DNA from: an uncultured delta proteobacterium
GTDB taxonomy: Bacteria > Desulfobacterota > Desulfomonilia > UBA1062
Length of the DNA stretch: 64,000 nucleotides
NCBI GenBank assembly: GCA_963785235.1
Contig: CAWAUM010000012.1
Location: forward strand, 224,001-288,000
Direction of reading: 5' to 3'
In this document: positions 1 through 7,837 of the stretch, piece after piece
Layout of the letters: each line of letters opens with the position of its first letter
Position numbering within the stretch: the stretch's first letter is position 1
Position numbers and translations under genes: made by a program
Notes under the pieces: model-generated
Seen by the model: the letters and a program-made list of their open reading frames with translations, nothing else
Told to the model about the DNA's origin: nothing
Databases searched by the model: none

Positions 1-1
1 G

Positions 2-163
2 GAGACGGCTACCTCTGTTGCGAGCGATGCCATGCAGATATTCGGCGGGTATGGCCTGGCAAAGGAATTCCCCATTGAAAAGATGTTCCGTGATGCCAGG
101 GCAAGCATGATCGAGGACGGGGTGAACGAGGCCCTGGCGATAAAGGCTGCCGAATTCATGTGA
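2..163 (+). CDS. Acyl-CoA dehydrogenase, C-terminal fragment (partial at window edge)
   Basis: Manual translation ETATSVASDAMQIFGGYGLAKEFPIEKMFRDARASMIEDGVNEAL...*, matching the ACAD C-terminal Q-x-x-GGxG and RDA motifs. Confidence 0.85.
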   Translation, partial: ETATSVASDAMQIFGGYGLAKEFPIEKMFRDARASMIEDGVNEALAIKAAEFM

Positions 164-171
164 TGAGCTTT

Positions 172-1446
172 TCAGCTTATCACCGTACGGTTGTGTACGG
201 CCCACATGTCATCGTCCGTAAAGCAGCGCTCGCTCTCGTCCGGGTGCATGGCGTCCTTTTCCATGTGCCGCCGGTCATAGGGTTGGTTAAGGATCTCATC
301 ATAGTATTCATGCTGGATCATGAGGTTCATGATCTGGCTTGTCCCGGTCCAGATCAGGGCCAACCGTATATCGCGCAACGCCCTTTCCAGGGGATAAACG
401 TCTGTGTAGCCTATGCCGCCCATGATCTGCATGGCATTATTTACAACGTTCCACGCCGCCTCAGTGGAAAATCTCTTGGCCTCGCTCACTAAACGGCGCA
501 TATTAGGATAATTGCTGTCCACCGCCTTAGCAGCCATGAATGTTATGGCCCTGGCGGCATCGAGCTGGGTTATGGAATCTGCCACTAAAAAATTCACTGC
601 CTGGTATTTTTTTATAAGCTTGCCGAAGGCAGCACGCTTATTGGAATAGCGTACCGCCAGATCAAGGGCGCCCCAGACACCGAGGCATCCGGAAGCGGAT
701 GTCATACGCTCGGGGATCATCATCTGGTTGAAACACAGGGCTCCGCCATGCAGCTCTCCCACGAGATTTTCCCTGGGCACCTTGACATCCCGGAAGACAA
801 GCCTTCCTGTGCCTCCGCCCCTGCATCCCATGAGGCCATAATGATATTCGGTCTCAACGCCCGGTCCCTTATCGATAATGAGCAGGCTTATGCGCTGGTA
901 CTTATGGGCATCCGGTTCGAAGTTCGTTCGGCAATATACCAGGAAAAAATCAGACCCTTCAGCCCCAACAACAAAACGCTTCTGACCGTTTACGATAAAG
1001 TGGTCGCCCTGGAGCACGGCCTTGGTAGTGGCGCCAAAAAAGTCGGACCCGCCCCTTGGCTCGGTAAGGGCCTCGGCAGCCACGAGCTTGCCCTGAAGGT
1101 AGGGCTTGAGGTAGCGTTCTTTAAGATCCTCGGTGCCGAACCTGTTGAGGGCCTCTCCCACAATTGAGGGCATGACAAAGGCGCACCCAAGGGCCATGCC
1201 AAGACAACCGATCTCCTCCGTAGCCGCCACATCGGCCACCCAGCTCATCTCACGGCCGCCATACTTCTTAGGGAACCTTATCCCCCGGAGGTTCTGCAGG
1301 GCAAGCCTTTCCACGAAGTCACGCGGGTAATCGATCTCATCCCTGTCCATTTTTCGCAGGAACTCGCTGTCCACCTCTTCGCGAACAAACTTCCGGGCCT
1401 GGTCCCTCAGCTCCCTTTCCTCTCTTGTGAGTAAAAAATCATACAT
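172..1446 (-). CDS. Acyl-CoA dehydrogenase
   Basis: ALTEPRGGSD, NGQKRFV, MQIMGGIGYT and ERALRDIR motifs; GGAGG RBS upstream. Confidence 0.93.
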   Translation of the reverse strand: MYDFLLTREERELRDQARKFVREEVDSEFLRKMDRDEIDYPRDFVERLALQNLRGIRFPKKYGGREMSWVADVAATEEIGCLGMALGCAFVMPSIVGEALNRFGTEDLKERYLKPYLQGKLVAAEALTEPRGGSDFFGATTKAVLQGDHFIVNGQKRFVVGAEGSDFFLVYCRTNFEPDAHKYQRISLLIIDKGPGVETEYHYGLMGCRGGGTGRLVFRDVKVPRENLVGELHGGALCFNQMMIPERMTSASGCLGVWGALDLAVRYSNKRAAFGKLIKKYQAVNFLVADSITQLDAARAITFMAAKAVDSNYPNMRRLVSEAKRFSTEAAWNVVNNAMQIMGGIGYTDVYPLERALRDIRLALIWTGTSQIMNLMIQHEYYDEILNQPYDRRHMEKDAMHPDESERCFTDDDMWAVHNRTVIS

Positions 1447-1635
1447 GAATGGCCTCCTTTATTGACAATCATTATCTCTGTTAAGCCCTTCGCGATTAAC
1501 TCCTCTTTTTATGGGATCATTATTTCTTATGAGTATAATATTCCATAATACCCGTGCTCTCAACTTTCAAATGTACCTTGTTGTAATTGACCGGGATAAC
1601 ATATACATAAGATTATTTAATTGTTATTAAATTGA

Positions 1636-1697
1636 TCGGTTCAAGTCCTGCCTCTCTCATTCTGCGAGATGCAGGACTTGAACCGAAAAGTTTTTTT
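1636..1697 (+). terminator. Perfect 16-bp inverted repeat followed by a T-run, upstream of the OYE gene
   Basis: TCGGTTCAAGTCCTGC (1636-1651) and GCAGGACTTGAACCGA (1671-1686), then AAAG and T7. Confidence 0.5.
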
Positions 1698-1811
1698 ACG
1701 CTTCTTAAATGCATACTCTGGGTTTAAGGAAATATCTCATGTACATAACAGCTTGAAATATAATTTCTTAGACCTATTCTAATGAGGTGTATAAAATTGA
1801 AGGAGGTAAAA

Positions 1812-2906
1812 ATGTCAGATAACGCCCTATTAAAACCAATTACAATCGGTCCGTACGAACTGGCGAACCGCATATTCATGGCCCCAATGACACGCAGCCG
1901 TGCGAACAACCCTGAAAACGCACCGACAGAGCTCCATACGCAATACTATGAACAACGTGCCTCAGCAGGTCTTCTGATTACCGAAGGATCCCAGGTGTCA
2001 AGGCAGGCTGTGGGCTATATCAATACCCCGGGGATTTACAGCAAAGCCCAGATTGAAGGATGGAGGCTCGTGACCAAGGCAGTGCATGACAAAGGAGGGC
2101 ATATCTTCATCCAGCTCTGGCACTGCGGCCGCATGTCACACCCGGACTTCCACCATGGCGAGCTGCCCGTAGCACCGTCTGCCATAAACCCCAATGACAA
2201 GTCCTATACACCCCAGGGCTTCAAAGAAACCGTTTCGCCCCATGCACTTACGGTTCAGGAGATCCATGCCATCACCAGGGACTTCAAGAATGCTGCAGAG
2301 AATGCCATAGCCGCTGGTTTTGACGGCGTGGAGATTCACTCGGCCAATGGTTATCTCTTCCACCAGTTTTTCACTAACTGCTCAAATGTCCGAACCGACG
2401 AATACGGCATCACTCATGAAAACAAGACCCGCTTTTTCTTTGAGACCCTTGATGCCGTTGGGAAGACAATCGGCTTTGAAAAGACAGGTATCAGGCTGAA
2501 CCCCTCAGCACACGGCTTCTTCGGCATCACCATTGACAAAGATACCATCCCCACCTTTGAGTATATCATCGAGCGGCTGAATGACTACCCTGGCCTCGCC
2601 TATGCCCATCTTGTGGAACCTATGGTGCCTGTGGATAACGTGCCCTATGCGGAGAAAGAGATCGCAAAACATTTCCGGCCGCGCTACAAAGGGACCCTTA
2701 TCATCAATTGCGGCTTCAATCCAGACAACGGCAGCCGGGTTATTGAAGAAGGCCTGGCTGATGCCGTGTCTTTCGGCAAGTACTTCATATCAAATCCTGA
2801 TCTGGTGGAACGTATCCGCCGTGGCGCCCCCTTGGCGGAACCTGATCTGCATACGTATTACACCCCCGGACCAAAGGGATATTCGGATTATCCAGTTCTT
2901 CAATAA
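1812..2906 (+). CDS. Old yellow enzyme family alkene reductase (NemA/XenB-like)
   Basis: NRIFMAPMTRSRA, QLWHCGR, GFDGVEIHSANGYL, NPDL motifs; AGGAGG RBS before ATG 1812. Confidence 0.93.
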   Translation: MSDNALLKPITIGPYELANRIFMAPMTRSRANNPENAPTELHTQYYEQRASAGLLITEGSQVSRQAVGYINTPGIYSKAQIEGWRLVTKAVHDKGGHIFIQLWHCGRMSHPDFHHGELPVAPSAINPNDKSYTPQGFKETVSPHALTVQEIHAITRDFKNAAENAIAAGFDGVEIHSANGYLFHQFFTNCSNVRTDEYGITHENKTRFFFETLDAVGKTIGFEKTGIRLNPSAHGFFGITIDKDTIPTFEYIIERLNDYPGLAYAHLVEPMVPVDNVPYAEKEIAKHFRPRYKGTLIINCGFNPDNGSRVIEEGLADAVSFGKYFISNPDLVERIRRGAPLAEPDLHTYYTPGPKGYSDYPVLQ

Positions 2907-2936
2907 TATGGCATAGTGCATGATAAAGGAGGGGAT

Positions 2937-3785
2937 ATGATCTCATATAATAAACCCATTACCGACCTCATCAGGATCAGGCGGTCATGGAGGAGCTACC
3001 GGGAAGAGCCCGTGGGAAAAGATGATAAGGAGTCTATCCGCGCTTTCATTTCCGGGATCGAAAAACCCCCATTCGGCTCACAGGTGAGATTCATCCTTGC
3101 CGATGCACCGGGGCAAGGCTTCGGACGGGTGAGAGGCACCTATGGGGTTGTTACAGGGGCATCAAGCTTCCTTGTGGGGGTCTTGAAACCATCCAACATG
3201 GGGTTCGAGGATTATGGCTACCTTTACGAGGCAGCAATCCTCTACATTACATCCCTGGGGCTTGGCACCTGCTGGATGGGAGGGACCTTCAGCAGGACAT
3301 TATTCTCTGACATGGCTCAACCCCAGAAGGGTCAGATAATCCCGTCCATAAGCCCTGTGGGTATCATTGCGGATAACCGCAGCATTATAGATACCATGTT
3401 CGTGTTCACCGCCGGGTCTCGTGCCCGGAAACAATGGGCTTCTCTCTTCTTCAAGGAATCATTTTCTTCATCTTTAGGTGAAGATGCAGCCGGCCCCTTT
3501 GCACTACCGCTCGAAATGGTCCGCCTTGCGCCTTCTGCATCAAACCGGCAACCATGGCGGATCGTGATGGATGAGAAGGGTTTCCACCTATACCTTTCAA
3601 GGACCTTCGGATACGGGCTCCTGTTCAGAGATGTAGACCTCCAGAGGATCGACATGGGTATCGCCATGTTCCATTTCGAACGCACTGCCCTCGAACTTGG
3701 CCTAAAGGGTTCATGGCTTATTCAGGATCCAGGAATCTCTCCTGTGCCCCCTTCAACCGAATATGTGGTAAGCTGGGTCTTATGA
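2937..3785 (+). CDS. Nitroreductase family protein
   Basis: RRSWRSY, GLGTCWMGG, APSASNRQPW, RIDMGIAM motifs; GGAGG RBS. Confidence 0.85.
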   Translation: MISYNKPITDLIRIRRSWRSYREEPVGKDDKESIRAFISGIEKPPFGSQVRFILADAPGQGFGRVRGTYGVVTGASSFLVGVLKPSNMGFEDYGYLYEAAILYITSLGLGTCWMGGTFSRTLFSDMAQPQKGQIIPSISPVGIIADNRSIIDTMFVFTAGSRARKQWASLFFKESFSSSLGEDAAGPFALPLEMVRLAPSASNRQPWRIVMDEKGFHLYLSRTFGYGLLFRDVDLQRIDMGIAMFHFERTALELGLKGSWLIQDPGISPVPPSTEYVVSWVL

Positions 3786-4549
3786 AGAATAAATCCCCTT
3801 CCCTTAACCGTGGTCAGGTTAGACGTGTTGCGCCGAAAAGCAATGCCGGCACAGAGGTCATCTATGGTAAAAATGCTGTCCTGGAATCCCTTCACGCAGG
3901 GACAAGGTCGTTTCATGAGATCCTTGTGCTGCCGCAGCATTATGATGACTTACTGGAGGTATCCAGGGGTCTGCCTGTAAGGGTTGTCCAGAAAAATGAC
4001 CTGGATAAAATAACTGCCACGAATCATCACCAGGGAATCGCAGCCAAGGTCTCGGCCTACCGATATTCAGACCTGAAAGACCTCTATCCCTTAAAATGTG
4101 TAGTACTCCTGGATAGCGTGGAAGACCCCCAGAACCTTGGTTCCATCATCCGTACTGCACATGCGCTTGCAAAGGCAGGGGTCATCATCCCGGAACATAG
4201 ATCTGCACCGATTACTCCGGCTGTTGTGAAGGCTTCATCGGGTGCTACGGAACATGTTAAGATTGCCCGTGTGAAAAACCTCAGGGCTGCGGCACAGGAT
4301 CTGAAAAAGAACGGTTTCTGGCTTGTTGGGCTCGAGGCCGACGCGCCCGAAGATATAAGTCGCACCCCTGTATTTGATAAACTGGGACTTGTGATCGGAG
4401 GGGAAGACAGCGGCATCAGGCCTGTCATGACCTCGGAACTGGACCTTGCGGCAAAGATCCCCATGAAGGGCGACTTTAACTCGCTGAACGTCTCCCAGGC
4501 AGCGACTATTGCATTGTATGAACTGGTGGTCAGGGTTAGAAGCATATGA
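3782..4549 (+). CDS. rlmB: 23S rRNA Gm2251 methyltransferase RlmB (SpoU family)
   Basis: IYGKNAV, HQGI, DPQNLGSIIRTA, GGEDSG, SLNVS SPOUT motifs; ATGA overlap with the upstream gene. Confidence 0.85.
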   Translation: MKNKSPSLNRGQVRRVAPKSNAGTEVIYGKNAVLESLHAGTRSFHEILVLPQHYDDLLEVSRGLPVRVVQKNDLDKITATNHHQGIAAKVSAYRYSDLKDLYPLKCVVLLDSVEDPQNLGSIIRTAHALAKAGVIIPEHRSAPITPAVVKASSGATEHVKIARVKNLRAAAQDLKKNGFWLVGLEADAPEDISRTPVFDKLGLVIGGEDSGIRPVMTSELDLAAKIPMKGDFNSLNVSQAATIALYELVVRVRSI

Positions 4550-5301
4550 AAGGCGAGCCAATAGAAACCTTATTAAGCGCCCATGATTGCTTGTGTCTCC
4601 ACCGTGGCCATATGGTGAAACTTCCCGAATGGGTCTGTGTTGAGAAGGTTTTCCATTTATATCTGAACGAGACGCCAATCGGGAATATCATAGCCAGCCC
4701 CTCCCAGCTGAAAGAGCTCGGTGCAGGATTTGTCATCAGCGAGGGACTGGCCGAATATGTCGAAAATGTAGTGGTGGATGGAGACCAGGTGAAGGTCTAT
4801 GCCGGACACACTAATTATGCCGAAGAGATCGTGACAGGTTCAAGCGGTGGACTTTCCACCAGAAGAATATTTAATAAGATCAACTCGAACCTTATGATCG
4901 ACCGAGAGGACATCTTCATGGTCATTGCCGAGATAGTCTCCGAACTCTGGGAAAAAACCGGCGGTGCGCACTGTTCGGTACTCTTTTCCGGAAAAGAGCT
5001 CGTTGCAAAGAGTTCTGATGTGGGAAGGCATAATACCGTAGACAAGGTGATCGGATATTGCATCCTGAATGGAATCGATCTGTCCAAATGCGTGCTGGGA
5101 TGCACGGGCAGGCAGCCTGCAGGCATGGTATCCAAGGCCGTGAATGCAGGCATACCCATTATCATCAGCAAGGCAGCCACAACGGATGAAGGCATCCGGC
5201 TTGCAGAGGCATCGGGGCTTACGCTCATCTGCAGGGTCAAGGGAGACCGTTTCTGTGTGTATACCTGTCCAGAGCGTATCCGGGGTCTGACAAAAGAATA
5301 A
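4546..5301 (+). CDS. fdhD: Formate dehydrogenase accessory sulfurtransferase FdhD
   Basis: ELGAGFVISEG, TGGAH, DVGRHNTVDKVIG motifs. Confidence 0.88.
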   Translation: MKGEPIETLLSAHDCLCLHRGHMVKLPEWVCVEKVFHLYLNETPIGNIIASPSQLKELGAGFVISEGLAEYVENVVVDGDQVKVYAGHTNYAEEIVTGSSGGLSTRRIFNKINSNLMIDREDIFMVIAEIVSELWEKTGGAHCSVLFSGKELVAKSSDVGRHNTVDKVIGYCILNGIDLSKCVLGCTGRQPAGMVSKAVNAGIPIIISKAATTDEGIRLAEASGLTLICRVKGDRFCVYTCPERIRGLTKE

Positions 5302-5335
5302 TCCCTGACATCAGTATAAATAAGGAACGGATCTT

Positions 5336-5773
5336 ATGCACGAAACCCAGGTTAACCTTGAACAGCTTAAAAAGTATTTCACAAAAGACGCCTTTGCCGA
5401 GCTGTGCGGCATAGAGCTCATAGAAGCCGGGCCGGGTTTTGCCAGGACAAGAGTAACCCTGGACAAACAGCACCTGAACAGCCTGGGCATAGCCCATGGA
5501 GGCATCGTATTCACCCTGGCGGACATGGCCTTTGCCGCCGCTGCTCATACCAGGGGTAAATCCGCTGTGGCGATAAACACAACCATATCCTTTATAAAAG
5601 CAGGCAAGACCGACACCCTCTATGCAGAGGCAAAAGAAATCTCCAGAAACAGGAAGCTCGCCACCTATTCGGTGCAGGTAACAGACAGTACGGGCGAGGT
5701 CCTTGCCCTGTTCCAGGGGACGGTATACATCAGGGCTGAATCGATACAGGCAATGGATACAGAAGGTGTATGA
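5336..5773 (+). CDS. PaaI family hotdog-fold thioesterase
   Basis: HLNSLGIAHGGIVFTLAD motif. Confidence 0.9.
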   Translation: MHETQVNLEQLKKYFTKDAFAELCGIELIEAGPGFARTRVTLDKQHLNSLGIAHGGIVFTLADMAFAAAAHTRGKSAVAINTTISFIKAGKTDTLYAEAKEISRNRKLATYSVQVTDSTGEVLALFQGTVYIRAESIQAMDTEGV

Positions 5774-5839
5774 TAGAATACTCCGGGCTCACTGCCTTCA
5801 TTGTTTACGAAAAAGAGACACTGTGTTTGTAATAATATG

Positions 5840-5875
5840 AAAAGGCCCGACAGCTCTGATGCTATCGGGCCTTTC
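5840..5875 (-). terminator. Intrinsic terminator of PEP-CTERM gene 1
   Basis: 14-bp stem AAAGGCCCGATAGC/GCTGTCGGGCCTTT (one G-U) on the minus strand, about 24 nt after the stop. Confidence 0.7.
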
Positions 5876-5898
5876 TACACCTGTTCTGTTACGAATTC

Positions 5899-6540
5899 TT
5901 ACTTGGCTTTCCTTCGGAAAGCGGCCAGACCCAAAAGCCCGCTACCAATTAATAGAAGCGTTGCCGGTTCAGGGACTGGCGCTGCAACCGGATCGACAAC
6001 AACATTATCCAGCCCTACCCATGTATCTGTTCTATCATTAAAGAGGCCTCTCAATTCACTGAGGTTGAAACTAATCAATGCATTCGGATTATTGTCCCAT
6101 AGATTGGAGACGGAGTAATAGGCATTGAAGCTGATCTTTGTAGCATCCTCATCAGGGGTTGTATCCCATACCAGGGTTTCCAGATTTAGATATGGAAAAT
6201 CTGTGCTGATAAATGTAAAGGTTGATGAGAAGACATCATTATATGATATTGCGTTGTCAAACCCACCGAACAAGTATTCAAAGCTTATGTTCAATCCCAT
6301 CGTATTCTGATCAATATAGAAGCTTTGGCTCAAACCGGATGCACCTGCCGAGTTTGAACCGCCGAGGTAAGCGATAGTATCATCTAATGTTAAAGTCGTT
6401 ATATCTCCCCACGTAGTCCACCCCGATAGTGGCGATGCATCCTGGAAGTCACCATTACTGATGAGATTTGCATGGGCATTCAAGGTAAAACTCACAATGA
6501 GAATCAGTACTGAAATAAATAGCACGAGTATCTTTTTCAT
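5899..6540 (-). CDS. PEP-CTERM sorting domain protein (NLISNGDF, beta-sandwich-like N-domain)
   Basis: Signal peptide; C-terminus VPEPATLLLIGSGLLGLAAFRRKAK; AGGAGG RBS. Confidence 0.93.
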   Translation of the reverse strand: MKKILVLFISVLILIVSFTLNAHANLISNGDFQDASPLSGWTTWGDITTLTLDDTIAYLGGSNSAGASGLSQSFYIDQNTMGLNISFEYLFGGFDNAISYNDVFSSTFTFISTDFPYLNLETLVWDTTPDEDATKISFNAYYSVSNLWDNNPNALISFNLSELRGLFNDRTDTWVGLDNVVVDPVAAPVPEPATLLLIGSGLLGLAAFRRKAK

Positions 6541-6573
6541 ATATCCTCCTCATATTTGAAGCTGCTATAGTAA

Positions 6574-6590
6574 TGCAAACCTTATTCCAA
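6574..6590 (-). promoter_or_regulatory. Sigma54 -24/-12 promoter of PEP-CTERM gene 1
   Basis: TTGGAATAAGGTTTGCA on the minus strand (GG-N10-GC), about 34 nt upstream of the ATG. Confidence 0.75.
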
Positions 6591-6653
6591 TTACATAAGT
6601 TATCTTAAATTCAATATCTTATCAGATAGTTATTTTGCGAATATATGAATAAC

Positions 6654-6670
6654 TGTAAAGAGCATCGACA
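6654..6670. promoter_or_regulatory. Putative PrsR enhancer box (TGT-N11-ACA)
   Basis: TGTAAAGAGCATCGACA, 66 bp upstream of the -24 GG. Confidence 0.7.
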
Positions 6671-6834
6671 CCTCCTCCCCCTTATTCAGGGGATTAACTC
6701 TCTCAATATGATGATCCGCATTGGCCAGAAGATTAATCTCTCGAGAAGACATCTTTGCCTATTTGATTATAATCATTTATTATTTATCCCAATTGATATC
6801 TTACCATCTTGTAAATATGATCTGAGCAACATCT

Positions 6835-6877
6835 AAAAAACAAGAAGTCCGACAGAAGGAATGCTGTCGGACTTCTT
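6835..6877 (-). terminator. Intrinsic terminator of PEP-CTERM gene 2
   Basis: Perfect 14-bp stem AAGAAGTCCGACAG/CTGTCGGACTTCTT followed by GTTTTTT on the minus strand. Confidence 0.75.
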
Positions 6878-6901
6878 TACACTTGAGACTTTTTATAATT
6901 C

Positions 6902-7504
6902 TTATTTGGTTTTCCTGCGGAATCCGGCAAGACCCAGGAGCCCGCTACCAACCAGGAGCAGGGTTGCCGGTTCTGGAACCGGGGCAGGCGTTTTCACTAA
7001 CAGATTCTGTGCATTAGGTGCAAGAGGAGCTATCTGATATCCTTCACCACTATAGCCAGCGGGGAAATTCTGAAGGTCGCCAAGATAGGATGCGAGATAC
7101 TGCCCCACTAACCCTCCGCCAGTGTAGGTAAAGTTTGCATATTCAAGATCCCAAATTGCTACCTGTAAGGCTGCATTTTCAACCGCTGATCTTCCACCAT
7201 ACTTATTCATTAACCAAGCAGCTTGGAGCTGCCATTCAGAGCTCAAGCCAGTCAGAGTAGTAGTATACGGACCGCTAGGTACATAGGTGGTGTGATCCAG
7301 GTCAATGCAATATCCCGATGCGGTTTTCCCATCAATGGTGAGCAGGAACTCGCCTGCATATCCCCTCTCGGATATACCATTATAAGTGAATTGAATTGGG
7401 GTCCACCCGTTTAAACCGGTGACAGAAATACTGGTAGCTCCTGCTGTTCCCGTTAATCCGATAAGTATCAGGAGAACTACCATTAATGTTAAAATTCTTT
7501 TCAT
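6902..7504 (-). CDS. PEP-CTERM protein with candidate Cys-Gln thioester domain
   Basis: Signal peptide MKRILTL...AGA; GYCIDL and LQVAIW motifs; VPEPATLLLVGSGLLGLAGFRRKTK; GAGG RBS before ATG 7504. Confidence 0.9.
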   Translation of the reverse strand: MKRILTLMVVLLILIGLTGTAGATSISVTGLNGWTPIQFTYNGISERGYAGEFLLTIDGKTASGYCIDLDHTTYVPSGPYTTTLTGLSSEWQLQAAWLMNKYGGRSAVENAALQVAIWDLEYANFTYTGGGLVGQYLASYLGDLQNFPAGYSGEGYQIAPLAPNAQNLLVKTPAPVPEPATLLLVGSGLLGLAGFRRKTK

Positions 7505-7540
7505 AGTTGCACCTCTTTTTAAAATTAATGAAAACATTAA

Positions 7541-7556
7541 AGCAATATGAGTGCCA
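7541..7556 (-). promoter_or_regulatory. Sigma54 -24/-12 promoter of PEP-CTERM gene 2
   Basis: TGGCACTCATATTGCT on the minus strand, matching consensus TGGCAC-N5-TTGCW. Confidence 0.88.
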
Positions 7557-7619
7557 TATCATTATTAGTTAACGATATCAATCTATTATATTATTTTCCC
7601 TAGTATCATATACCCTGAT

Positions 7620-7636
7620 TGTAAAGTTTCCCGACA
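7620..7636. promoter_or_regulatory. Putative PrsR enhancer box (TGT-N11-ACA)
   Basis: TGTAAAGTTTCCCGACA, 65 bp upstream of the -24 GG. Confidence 0.72.
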
Positions 7637-7776
7637 TTTATGACCCTTGAATCTTGTTACTATCTTGATAAATTAAGGTCCGCCCCCAAATCATTCCTGG
7701 ATAGAATGAGTTCAATTATTTATAATTATTAATTTTTATAAATCGTTACATTGGACTTGCATGAAGAAAGCAAGCC

Positions 7777-7816
7777 TGTTAAATTTTTCGACAGTGTTTC
7801 AGATATCTGCTATAAT
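7777..7816 (+). promoter_or_regulatory. Sigma70-type promoter of prsK overlapped by a third TGT-N11-ACA box
   Basis: TCGACA (7788-7793), 17 bp, TATAAT (7811-7816); box TGTTAAATTTTTCGACA at 7777-7793. Confidence 0.65.
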
Positions 7817-7837
7817 TGACGATGATAAAGGTAGATT

